The translations under genes were made by a program, and so were the position numbers. This document shows, one piece after another, positions 17,001-24,208 of a stretch of DNA of 39,098 nucleotides. Every line of letters starts with the position of its first letter. Position 1 is the first letter of the stretch. The notes below the pieces were generated by a model that made no database searches, was not told where the DNA came from, and saw nothing but the letters and a program-made list of their open reading frames with translations. This DNA comes from Candidatus Micrarchaeota archaeon (GTDB lineage Archaea; Micrarchaeota; Micrarchaeia; Norongarragalinales; SBBD01). Where the stretch lies: NCBI GenBank assembly GCA_043813365.1, contig JBDRLB010000042.1, positions 1-39,098 of the forward strand, read 5' to 3'.

Positions 17001-17345
17001 CGGAAGGTTGTTGAACTGCGCGGCGCCGTCCTTTGTTTCGATTGTGCGTGCAAGTGTTCCGGAGGTCAGCGTAACGGAAGCTCCATTGATGTTCTCTCCC
17101 TCGGAAACCACGATCACTTTCAGGGATGTTGAGGGGCTGTTGAGCAGGAGGAATGCCGCACCACTTATCATCAGGAGGAAAAGGAAAATTACTATCGGGA
17201 AGGAAGGTATCCCGCGGTCCTCTATGGGGTTGATGAATGATTCATAGATGGGCAATTTCAGCTGCTTCTCGATGTAATCGCATGCGGAATAGTATCCGTC
17301 CTCGATTTTTTCGTAAAGCTCGTTTAAGGACTCCTGCAGCGTCAT
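11001..17345 (-). CDS. giant (2114 aa) N-terminally membrane-anchored Cys-rich surface protein, paralog of the 2346-aa protein
   Basis: N-terminal IEDGYY...IEDRGIPSFP followed by a TM helix (IVIFLFLLMISGAAFLLL). Carboxypeptidase-regulatory-like repeats (GASV-L...G-A-F...V-K-G[F/Y]). CGxxxxxCC repeats at aa ~779-1102 and further Cys-rich blocks toward the C-terminus. Confidence 0.9.
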   Translation of the reverse strand: MTLQESLNELYEKIEDGYYSACDYIEKQLKLPIYESFINPIEDRGIPSFPIVIFLFLLMISGAAFLLLNSPSTSLKVIVVSEGENINGASVTLTSGTLARTIETKDGAAQFNNLPKGKDAKIVVSKQGFGDEERSFKIGSAPLLKIILTPGSGGAGFEVAVVDFSNAPLGGATVAYSYNGKDGEVADTAATGSNGIAALQSPSGTDVTIQVSLSGYETSPKITYLPEKGKQKKVILKKREASPTPQPSDNSQLEITVKDDADGSALEADLLIFDAASGELLKTASTTYGMYDTDDFKVGAKLRVKATADGYEPAVKEKTLVAGKTTLPMRLKKSASTVNSSIATIKVVDERNSALVSEIRLWEGLSEMNFTLLKVERASSELRSEAFDNRIYYATAFKDGYLPGRTMKFAGGVAKTITMIKADASNSLNLTINVANEDGLKIRDATIAFFDPDEYQVPPYDQKTNAQGKAIFRNFPKGEFRIIAVKQPNAGETTKTLSGSAVELNITLYAPTGTIEFSANDRENNTTAISQFDAFLYYKNERNNSLYKSCTATAGSCTIDARADKEFSYVVYSKNYQNATGNVKANPNNSTRIPALLYRLDSKIISEIILAGITDMNDGAVTELTTDQSYLLKINLYSKQSSERNGMFLSLEGAGGAEIAYFTNYSYGGYQPIALRAARSLSNLETCRTDYNSLTGAYDAASWLETEYGFRGSSVLVLKFRITTRIASDKLAVKYRSYSVSNAEFIRDPVDNKLGFAGGNATGWCSAATYNKTYVLNACGSFGEACCISRIEGGAIDSCNQGWKCQKSESDSIGFCTYPTSCGSTNYQCSDNSVCCLNSGTGIKACVLSCHPADIRECSPACSPPDEKYCDSSSNIANGICKDARGSICGKENAFCCSGLANECDSGLTCSSSNICIPCGGINQECCDYSDANTATACLPDLQCVISGNSRTCKTAEVCGSSSPALRCTGATVCCNDASSRGQCVPYSQCTAEVICPSCKFDQYCDAGNLGGAGSKGFPVCRDCISNLPMCEFGGRGELCSLTLPGKLCIGGVCELQQASSLGICRACGNEGSACCDSYPKCNGDNVCSLTDNKCVYGNRLCDKNNEACVKVEFSQYQCKRGYTGPPSTLFCTTNTSGSGFIVHSLKPCTNCTEGKLQIRFTITDNMYRFTPGTLTITISDISSLRPYALQIGSRITNLDPNSAVITATISSQSDLSPILTFTPIEPSGNLLLTLNYTHNSSMQPILLQPYVMVRYNTLPTYPSELPNMYACNKLELKRTLFEGIPDPVVESSCTNIIFQVDSIFPYDAIPLNDTGLYGESRMAFLGYRFGDDTDFNKYNSCFDYDYTPGGSALRYWPTRNGCPLSPIGNSVPGAKIAMRVYLASDTSPKKIINITVANFTLVSSGITAYDFAVTPYKDPLVKPKSYYGQDTESPSLKLVYALNNRFMPGMDEQLSQPKITVGTYSQRNGVYARDNGYASIFGSSGKTADMLTWNSTNAPSVAFYPDKASFDYNPVPFAVISSNEPSSKSLTQMLISEAEQSVDLPSIRADMAECNEKCDFEFDLNYNACIQKKESAGEYSVCWYECGGQLHRDQRSCSQYWCGIDYNCYSQRDACFGNLDRDFEDCISNEKCDEIDQELWAKAAVDCTQASNAIRSACESICGADFNKDYERLYAKELIGAFQKKAQQVAKATAFKRSFANTIYCLKQNPNTQDTLDPAVCRGSEKDWAKVTRIVNELDVACLFCYDTYGLEYGEPETTDQARIDICDQRCTPEDPDETNICGISDKADYCAIIEPRENYTDASGNTTACPAGGDSCVEICGPRSANPGDYCDPELCSQCRPDGTKATEELAGFAYEWQNQSAIYAVEIAPSGTESLSEPYKYFATDPESTSFKFSAVMPLSANIVFNKMTDTADFNLIEDNAIDGISSLPTQCKVRLGNYLLQTETTNGVDFEIPGTQRPLKISPLYISENYPNAVGPGQDYCGPQVACNLFIPITARASRGAYIANEIFPAATYRDYCLSWEWPIVPDGFTKHYAGVKNSYPTGNNFYQYPDSQADALDIGTVWTLFKSARSSSLSWALLRISKNACYGPYDLTKYPAVFAYKTGSACKPV

Positions 17346-17470
17346 CCGGTTCGCCTTTAATCAATAGTTTGCGCTGGTTTTTAATGCCTATCTTACGCAA
17401 TTCAACCGCAATTTATTATTCCGCAAATGCATCCGTTTATTAAATTTCATTCCGAAGTTCTGTTGATAAC

Positions 17471-18940
17471 ATGAAATCAGCGAACGCATTGCAAAATTTG
17501 GAATCCACCGCAAGCATCCAGATCCCAAAGGACCCGTTGGAGCAGGTCATAGGGCAGGATGAGGCCGTGAGGATAGCGAAGCTTGCCGCAAAGCAGAGGA
17601 GGCATTTATTGCTTGTGGGGCCACCAGGGATCGGCAAATCGCTTATTGCCCAGAGCATCGCATACCATTTGCCCAAACCAACTGAAGAAATTTCAGTACT
17701 GCACAATCCCGAGAACCCCGAACGCCCGATCATCGAAATAAAACCGGAGGGCGACCTGCAGAAGGAGAGGAGCATTGAGAAGGAGCTGCAGGGAAAGGTG
17801 CTGGAGCCGAAGGATGTGCCCTCCTTTGTTGCGGAAAAATTGGGCTTCAGGTGCAGGAAATGCAACCGGCTGAGCAGGGCGGCAGAAGCAGCATGCCCGA
17901 ATTGCGGGACCGAGAAATTCAGGAAGGAATATTCGCCCTTCGGGGACCTAGTGTCGGATTATTTCTCGGTGCAGAGGTCCGACAGGGTGCACACAACTAA
18001 AATCAACGAGAATGGGAGGGAGGAGATCATCGTTTATGAAAGGCAGGGGGAGAAGGTGCGGATGCTCGACCAGAAATCTCTCGAGAAAATCGACCAGATA
18101 AAGCAGCAGAGGCCCCGTAAAATTCTAATTCCATTGAGCCGGAAGAATTTCATTATCGCTACAGGTGCGTCGGAAACCGAGCTGCTGGGGGACATAAGGC
18201 ATGACCCGTATGGGGGAAGGCTGACGCCGAGCGGGCCGGGCGCATTCATCGGCTCCCATCCTTACGAGAGAGTCAACCCCGGAACCATTCATGAGGCGCA
18301 CGAAGGGGTTTTGTTTATAGATGAATTGGGCGCACTGAGCTACCTTCAGCGCTACTTATTGACAGCGATGCAGGAAAGGAAGTACTCAATTGTAGGAAGG
18401 AATCCGCAGAGTTCGGGCGCTTCCGTAAGGGTCGATGATGTGCCGTGCGATTTCATCCTGATTGCGGCAAGCAACATAAATGATTTGCAATACGTGGTGC
18501 CTCCGATGCGCTCAAGGATCATTGGGAACGGTTACGAGGTGCTGCTTGATACGCACATGCCAGATAACGAGCATAACCGCGCGAAAATGATGCAATTCAT
18601 TGCGCAGGAGATACGGAAGGATGGCAAGATTCCGCATGCGAACATGGAAGCCGCTATGGAAATCATTGAAGAGTCAAGGAGGCGCGCGAAACTCAATGAC
18701 AATGCCTCGAATGCGCTTACCCTGAGATTCCGGAATTTGAGCGGCATTATCAGGCTGGCGGGTGACATCGCCAAAACGGAAGGGACGGAACTGATCACGA
18801 AGGAATATGTAGTCGAGGCGACAAAGCGCAACCGGAACATCGAGGAGCAGATGAAGGAGAAGTACGGAAGCGTGTGGAAGGCATCCGCGAGCGAGCTCCA
18901 GAATTCGGACTCCTCACGCGAAGCGAAGGAGATAAATTAA
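17471..18940 (+). CDS. LonB-related AAA+ ATPase lacking the protease domain, with a Zn-ribbon insert
   Basis: LonB-like N-terminus IQIPKDPLEQVIGQDEA, Walker A GPPGIGKS, LLGDIRHDPY, Walker B HEAHEGVLFIDE, VPCDFILIAA. CRKC..CPNC insert. The protein ends after the helical domain with no Ser-Lys protease domain. Confidence 0.88.
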   Translation: MKSANALQNLESTASIQIPKDPLEQVIGQDEAVRIAKLAAKQRRHLLLVGPPGIGKSLIAQSIAYHLPKPTEEISVLHNPENPERPIIEIKPEGDLQKERSIEKELQGKVLEPKDVPSFVAEKLGFRCRKCNRLSRAAEAACPNCGTEKFRKEYSPFGDLVSDYFSVQRSDRVHTTKINENGREEIIVYERQGEKVRMLDQKSLEKIDQIKQQRPRKILIPLSRKNFIIATGASETELLGDIRHDPYGGRLTPSGPGAFIGSHPYERVNPGTIHEAHEGVLFIDELGALSYLQRYLLTAMQERKYSIVGRNPQSSGASVRVDDVPCDFILIAASNINDLQYVVPPMRSRIIGNGYEVLLDTHMPDNEHNRAKMMQFIAQEIRKDGKIPHANMEAAMEIIEESRRRAKLNDNASNALTLRFRNLSGIIRLAGDIAKTEGTELITKEYVVEATKRNRNIEEQMKEKYGSVWKASASELQNSDSSREAKEIN

Positions 18941-18984
18941 ACGGCTAATGCAAATTTTGGCGGGAATATAGTTAGGACGAATTT

Positions 18985-19449
18985 CTATTTAGGCGCAGCC
19001 GCCTCGGCAAGCTTCTTCTTGTGGGACTCGAGCTTCTTCTTCAGATCGGAATTGTTCATCGCAAACAGCTTCACCGCGAGCAGGGCCGCATTTTCCGCCT
19101 CCAGAATGGTTGCGGGAACGATGCCGGAAGGCATCCTGAGCGAGGAGAGCAAGTCCATGCCGCCGTATTTCTCGGAATGAGGAGGGTTGTTGATTACCGG
19201 GTTGGCGGAATTGCCGTCGATGACCCCGCCGAGCGCATTGCTCCTTCCTGCAATTGCTACATAAACGATGGACCTTCCGAGGCCATCGTAATATTTCACC
19301 AGGTCCAGCAGGTACTTCGTCGCTTTATGCGCGCTGCACACCTTGATCTGCGTTTCGATGCCGAACCCCTTGAGATGATCGGCAACTTTTTTTGCGTAAT
19401 CCTCATCCGCCTTGGAACCGATGATTATGGGAACGAGCTCATTTGCCAT
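18985..19449 (-). CDS. purE: AIR carboxylase PurE (class II type)
   Basis: IIIGSKAD, SAHK, AGRSNALGGV, PVINNPP, DLLSSLRMPSG; start MANELV at 19449 after a GGTG RBS. Confidence 0.92.
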   Translation of the reverse strand: MANELVPIIIGSKADEDYAKKVADHLKGFGIETQIKVCSAHKATKYLLDLVKYYDGLGRSIVYVAIAGRSNALGGVIDGNSANPVINNPPHSEKYGGMDLLSSLRMPSGIVPATILEAENAALLAVKLFAMNNSDLKKKLESHKKKLAEAAAPK

Positions 19450-19500
19450 TTGGAACACCTTTTATTGCACTACTATTTGAACTTGCGGATTTAAAGGGTT

Positions 19501-19779
19501 TTATTCCACCCTCTCCAGCTGCCTAGCATCGCGGACCACATGCTTATGGTAAAGATCCGATATGACGCATGAGAGGAGGTAGAAGCATACTGCCGAGAGC
19601 ACGATAACCAGGTAGGCATATATGGTGCTCGTCTTGACGAATGGGAAGGTGATTATGGGGACGTATTTCGCATTCATTGTAGCTGCGACCGCAGGAGGGA
19701 GCGGTATGGGCGCGAGCATGAAAAACAAAGTAAGCAGTATCTTCCCGAATGTCGGCTTTAGGAATTTTTTCCAGACCAT
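19501..19779 (-). CDS. small membrane protein (KFLKPTFGKI...YLLSC)
   Basis: Hydrophobic segments near both ends; start ATG 19779; paralogous to the next ORF. Confidence 0.75.
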   Translation of the reverse strand: MVWKKFLKPTFGKILLTLFFMLAPIPLPPAVAATMNAKYVPIITFPFVKTSTIYAYLVIVLSAVCFYLLSCVISDLYHKHVVRDARQLERVE

Positions 19780-19783
19780 GGCA

Positions 19784-20092
19784 TCAACCTTGCTCGTAAT
19801 AGTATGAATACGCCTCATTCCTTAAAAGCTTGTACCCGAGGAAGAACGCGCAGGAGATCAGGTAAGCAATGCTACTATATGCGATTGAATAGAGCGCCTT
19901 GTCCTTGTTGCAGCTGGAGAGCGCCTCGTATGCGCTGGAGACGCATGCCGCATCCCCGAACCTGCAGTTCTCCCCGTAATAGCAGTCGGTGGAAAGGTTG
20001 GGGTACGCAAGGTAGAAGATGATTATCATAAGGCTGATGAAAGGCACCAATTTGCCGTAATTCGGCTCAAAGAACTTCCCTAGGGGGAGCAT
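19784..20092 (-). CDS. small membrane protein with Cys-containing loop (KFFEPNYGKL...YLISC)
   Basis: Two TM segments flank a loop with 4 Cys; start ATG 20092 after a GTGAGG RBS. Confidence 0.75.
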   Translation of the reverse strand: MLPLGKFFEPNYGKLVPFISLMIIIFYLAYPNLSTDCYYGENCRFGDAACVSSAYEALSSCNKDKALYSIAYSSIAYLISCAFFLGYKLLRNEAYSYYYEQG

Positions 20093-20121
20093 TTTCCTCA
20101 CTTTTTTGCATTCAATTCCCT

Positions 20122-20850
20122 TCAAACGAATTTCCTTGAAATTTCCGTAGTAACCCTGAAACCCTCAAGCACCGCATCCAGCCCCACCTTCCCTTCGCGG
20201 TACAGCTGCTTGTCGAGCATCCTCTCCTTCTTGCCTTCGGGCCATATCCGCCAGGCATTATTCGTTATGTCATCCCCCACTAAAAGCTTTCCTTTTGCAT
20301 CCCTCCCGTACTCCAATTTCAAATCCACCAGCGCAATGTTCTGCTGTGCAAATGCCTTTTCCAAAATCTCGAATATTTTTTTTGTCGAATTCCTGATCTC
20401 GTCTATTTCGATCTGGTTTGCGACCTTCAATGCGATCGCATGCTCATCGTTGATGAACGGGTCGTGCAAGGCATCATCCTTCAAGAAAAGCTCGAAAAGC
20501 AGCGGGTTGAAAACCGTTCCCTCCTTGAACGGAAGCCGCCTTAGCAATGAGCCTGTCGCTATTCTTCTTACCACGCACTCGAGTGGGATCATTTTCATTT
20601 TCCTTACAATCATGTAATTGTCCTCCGGGGAAGAAACGTAGTGCGATTCGAAGCCATTATTTTTAATCAGCTCAAAGCAGTTTTTCGTTGTTTCCCAGTC
20701 GTACTTCCCCTTCCCTTTCAGCACGTCATGCTTCGCGCCGTCCCCGGCAGTGATGTCATCCTTGAAAAACAAAACAGCATTCTCCGCATTATCAGCATCC
20801 TGGTAGATTATTTTGGTCTTGCCCTCAGCTATCTTTGCGCCTAATTTCAT
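20122..20850 (-). CDS. purC: SAICAR synthetase PurC (PAICS-like)
   Basis: EGKTKIIY, FKDDITAGDG, MIPLECVVRRIATGS, ELFLKDDALHDP, LVDLKLEYG, WRIWP, DKQLYR; start MKLG at 20850. Confidence 0.95.
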   Translation of the reverse strand: MKLGAKIAEGKTKIIYQDADNAENAVLFFKDDITAGDGAKHDVLKGKGKYDWETTKNCFELIKNNGFESHYVSSPEDNYMIVRKMKMIPLECVVRRIATGSLLRRLPFKEGTVFNPLLFELFLKDDALHDPFINDEHAIALKVANQIEIDEIRNSTKKIFEILEKAFAQQNIALVDLKLEYGRDAKGKLLVGDDITNNAWRIWPEGKKERMLDKQLYREGKVGLDAVLEGFRVTTEISRKFV

Positions 20851-20924
20851 GTTTCCCCCCCCCATAAGCATATATAATTAGAAATTATTGTAATCCATTA
20901 ACATTTAATAAGAATGGCGGTCGC

Positions 20925-21482
20925 ATGGCGGAAAAAGTGGAGGTCGCAAAGGAGCCCTACCGGATATATTATGCAAACCTTGTTGATCCGGAAGGGCTGC
21001 GGCCCAAGGGATTGAAAACCGGCTTAATAAGTACGGCAATAGGTTACCAGCTGGGAATACTGCGCAGATTGGTCGGAAGCGGGCGCATGGGTGCAATGTC
21101 TGCGGGCTCCAAGTTCTATTATACGAAACCGAAATACGTAGAGAGGGGGCATGCGGAAATGCTCTCGAAATTGCCCGGCTTCCACTCCGTCAAGAAGATG
21201 GAGGCTGATGTCGCCGCAGTGCGGAAGGAGATGCCCGGTGCATGGAGGATTGCCGATGCAATTCGGAGAAGGAATAAGGAAATGATTGATAGCAAGGGAT
21301 TTACCCCGCAGATAAGGAAGGAAATAAGGGGCTCGCTGGAAAGCCAGGGGCTGACAAGGAGAAACATAGACCGCGTGTTTTGGGCGGCGGTGGACGAGCA
21401 CATGCTTTACATTTCCAGTTTCAACAAGATCGTAAGGATTGCACACAGAGTAGCAAGGACGCATAGGCGCGCAAGGATTTGA
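20925..21482 (+). CDS. hypothetical basic protein (185 aa)
   Basis: Long ORF filling the gap between purC and purA with an AT-rich upstream region; no recognised family. Confidence 0.65.
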   Translation: MAEKVEVAKEPYRIYYANLVDPEGLRPKGLKTGLISTAIGYQLGILRRLVGSGRMGAMSAGSKFYYTKPKYVERGHAEMLSKLPGFHSVKKMEADVAAVRKEMPGAWRIADAIRRRNKEMIDSKGFTPQIRKEIRGSLESQGLTRRNIDRVFWAAVDEHMLYISSFNKIVRIAHRVARTHRRARI

Positions 21483-21501
21483 TACTATTTCGAGTCGATG
21501 T

Positions 21502-22803
21502 TCACTTTAGGAAAATTATCTCCTCCCTTTCAGGCCCAACTGAAACGGAAGAGAGGGGAACATTCAGCTCCTTCTGGATGAAATTGACATAGGTTTGTGC
21601 ATTGGATGGAAGCGCCTTCAGCCCCATTTTTTTGCCCTTTTTAGCTACTGCCTTCCAATCCTCGTCCTTGAATCCCTTGAATGATCTGTAGGCGGGGACG
21701 CATTTATGCAGGTCATGCGAATTCGCGGGAAAATCCGGGAGCAGCTTTTTCCCCAAACGGTAATGGGTTGCAATTTTTATTTCATCCAAACCCGCAAGCA
21801 CATCCAGTTTGGTGAGGTGCAAACCGGTAAAACCGTTCAATTTGCAGGCTGTGCGGAGCATCGGCAAATCAAGCCATCCGATGCGGCGGGCGCGGCCGGT
21901 TGTTGTGCCGAATTCCTTCCCTTTTGAACGGATTTTCTCTGCAAGTTCGCCGGAAATTTCAGTGGGCAGGATGCCATTCCCTACCCTTGTAGTGTATGCT
22001 TTTACAACGCCTTCAGGCTGCGTTATGAATGAGTTCGGGACGCCGCAGCTAACAGCAGCAGCGGGCGCAGTTGTGTTTGAGGAGGTGAGGAAAGGGTAGG
22101 TGCCGAAATTGTTGTCCAAAAAGGTTCCTTGAGCGCCTTCGAAGAGGATTGATTTGTTTTTCGAATTGAGGGAATGAAGCTCGCTTGAAACGTCGCACGC
22201 AAATGAGCCAAGCACCTTTCCATACGCGAGGTATTCCGAATAAATTGAAGCAAAATTGAAATCCGGCGGGTAGATTATGCTCGTTGTCTGCATTACCCGC
22301 ACCTTATTCTCGTATTGGAGGCGTATTTTGTTGGCAAGCTCGTTTTGGTCAAGCAAATCCTCGAACCTTATTCCGGTCCTCGCAGCTTTATCCTCATAGC
22401 AAGGGCCTATCCCCCTGCCGGTTGTCCCGATTTTCTGCGAATTGCTTCCTCCTTCAAGAAGGATGTGCCAGGGCATTATCAAATGCGAGCGGTAATCGAT
22501 CCCGAGGTTTTTAGGGGAAACGGGGATTCCGGATTTCCTGAGCGATTCTATTTCCCCGATGAGGATTTTGGGGTTGATAACCACGTTGGAAGCGATGAGG
22601 TTCCTTTTTTTAGGGTGGAAAAGCCCGGACGGGAGCAGATGCAGCTTGTATTCCTTCATCCCTATCTTTACAGTATGGCCGGCATTGTTGCCGCCGTTGA
22701 AGCGCACCACAACATCGGCCTTTCCGGCAAGGAAATCCACGATTTTGCCTTTCCCCTCGTCCCCGAACTGGGAGCCGATAATCGCCAACCCCATTTTCAT
22801 CAA
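21502..22803 (-). CDS. purA: adenylosuccinate synthetase
   Basis: GSQFGDEGKGK, RFNGGNNAGHT, GTTGRGIGP, FEGAQG, GTYPFLTSS, KAYTTRVG, EFGTTTGRARRIGW, TKLDVL. Confidence 0.98.
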   Translation of the reverse strand: MMKMGLAIIGSQFGDEGKGKIVDFLAGKADVVVRFNGGNNAGHTVKIGMKEYKLHLLPSGLFHPKKRNLIASNVVINPKILIGEIESLRKSGIPVSPKNLGIDYRSHLIMPWHILLEGGSNSQKIGTTGRGIGPCYEDKAARTGIRFEDLLDQNELANKIRLQYENKVRVMQTTSIIYPPDFNFASIYSEYLAYGKVLGSFACDVSSELHSLNSKNKSILFEGAQGTFLDNNFGTYPFLTSSNTTAPAAAVSCGVPNSFITQPEGVVKAYTTRVGNGILPTEISGELAEKIRSKGKEFGTTTGRARRIGWLDLPMLRTACKLNGFTGLHLTKLDVLAGLDEIKIATHYRLGKKLLPDFPANSHDLHKCVPAYRSFKGFKDEDWKAVAKKGKKMGLKALPSNAQTYVNFIQKELNVPLSSVSVGPEREEIIFLK

Positions 22804-22892
22804 AATCCCCCTTTCGCAATATCCTTACAAGAAAAAGCCTTAAAAACGCTCTATCGCATAAATGTTGTCTCTGATTTTTGGAGGTTGATAAT

Positions 22893-23078
22893 TTGGTTAA
22901 CAAGTGCCAGCGTTGCAACAAGGAAGCGCATTATGTGGAGAAGTGCAAGACCTGCGACAGGTATGTATGCAGGAACTGCCAAAAGGCAAGCAAAACCGCC
23001 AGCAAGACGGTGCGCCTCATCATCTGCAAGGACTGCTGGGGAAAAATGCCCAAAAGGAAAGTCTGGGAGAGCGCATAA
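22893..23078 (+). CDS. small 8-Cys double zinc-finger protein (~61 aa)
   Basis: CQRC-x9-CKTC-x4-CRNC-x15-CKDC; probable TTG start at 22893 after a GGAGGT RBS. Confidence 0.75.
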   Translation: MVNKCQRCNKEAHYVEKCKTCDRYVCRNCQKASKTASKTVRLIICKDCWGKMPKRKVWESA

Positions 23079-23118
23079 CTGAATTCCGGATTCCTCAAGC
23101 AACTGGATGCTCAAGCAC

Positions 23119-24201
23119 CTAATTAATAGCAGCCTTGCCTTCGAGCACGATTTGGGCGATCAGGAAAACAAAATAAATCAGCAGCAGCATCAGCCCCTCC
23201 TTCCGGTCAAGCTGCCTGCCGGTTCTAAGGAAATGTATCGCCAATGCCCCCACTATTAGCATGGAAACGGCGGTAAAGACGGCAAGGATCATCTCAGGTA
23301 TCTTGAAAGGGAATAGCAGTGCAAGCACTCCTAGGGTAAGGGTTGCGTCCGTTATGACATTCCCCAATATGTCCCCCAGCCCGAGTTCCTTCCGCTTTTC
23401 TCGGATCGCCTCGAGTGAGAAGGTAAGCTCCGGCAGGCAAGTAGCAGCTGCTAGCAGCACCCCCAGGAAAAATGAGGGAACATTCAGCACGCTGGCGATG
23501 AGCACCGCTTTGCCCGCAACCACATTGGCGCTTGAAAACAACACTATCAGGGAGAGCGCAATGAGCAGGAATTGGAACCCGCTCTGCAGCTTATGATGTT
23601 CAATGTGATTGAGCACTTCCGCTGCGGATTTCTTTCCAGAAGACATCATCATCGCGTTCAATACGAATCCAGCCAGCAACAAAGCGCCGTCAATACGGGA
23701 GTACTCGCCGTCAAGCATCAGCAAAAGGGGGAGCGCCAGAAGCAGCAGGTAATAATTGAAATTCCGATGCGCCAGGACTCCGGCCACACTTACGCCCGAG
23801 GAAAGGATGGCAATCACGCCCAATATCAAAGTGAGGTCGGTCACATTCGACCCTAGAAGTATGCCTAAGCCAAATGCGGGGTTCCCCTCGATTGCCGAAT
23901 TGAGCGAAATGGAGAATTCGGGAAGGACTGCAGCAACCCCCAGCACCAGGAAGCTGGTTGTGAATTGGGATATCCCAAAAAGCCTCGAGATGGCCACAAG
24001 CGCCTTGATGAGGATTTGGACGCATTGAAGGAGGATGAAGAACCCGGCTGAGAGCACGAGCAGGAGGTAGAATCCGTAGGCTGCAATGCCATGATCGGAA
24101 AAAAAATTGGAAAGCGGCATATCCAGCGGCTGGAAGGAGAGCAGTATTACCGCATAAAATGCCAGAAGCCATAATCGCATGTGCTCTTTCAAATGATTCA
24201 C
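23119..24201 (-). CDS. Na+/Ca2+ (CaCA, YrbG-like) antiporter
   Basis: Two alpha repeats: AAVLPEFSIS...GILLGSNV and ATCLPELTFS...GDILGNVI; highly hydrophobic; exact start uncertain. Confidence 0.9.
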   Translation of the reverse strand: MNHLKEHMRLWLLAFYAVILLSFQPLDMPLSNFFSDHGIAAYGFYLLLVLSAGFFILLQCVQILIKALVAISRLFGISQFTTSFLVLGVAAVLPEFSISLNSAIEGNPAFGLGILLGSNVTDLTLILGVIAILSSGVSVAGVLAHRNFNYYLLLLALPLLLMLDGEYSRIDGALLLAGFVLNAMMMSSGKKSAAEVLNHIEHHKLQSGFQFLLIALSLIVLFSSANVVAGKAVLIASVLNVPSFFLGVLLAAATCLPELTFSLEAIREKRKELGLGDILGNVITDATLTLGVLALLFPFKIPEMILAVFTAVSMLIVGALAIHFLRTGRQLDRKEGLMLLLIYFVFLIAQIVLEGKAAIN

Positions 24202-24208
24202 CGGGGGT

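Noticed and set aside
3203..17247. Numerous 60-240 aa ORFs antisense or out of frame within the two giant genes
   Set aside because: Shadow ORFs of long coding sequences with no motifs or independent expression signals; the same applies to those over purA, the antiporters, the HerA-like gene, fttA and the uvrA-like gene.
18900..18985. Lon gene truncated by frameshift (pseudogene)
   Set aside because: No protease-domain sequence follows; purE ends 44 nt later on the other strand, and the Zn-ribbon insert points to a distinct intact subfamily.
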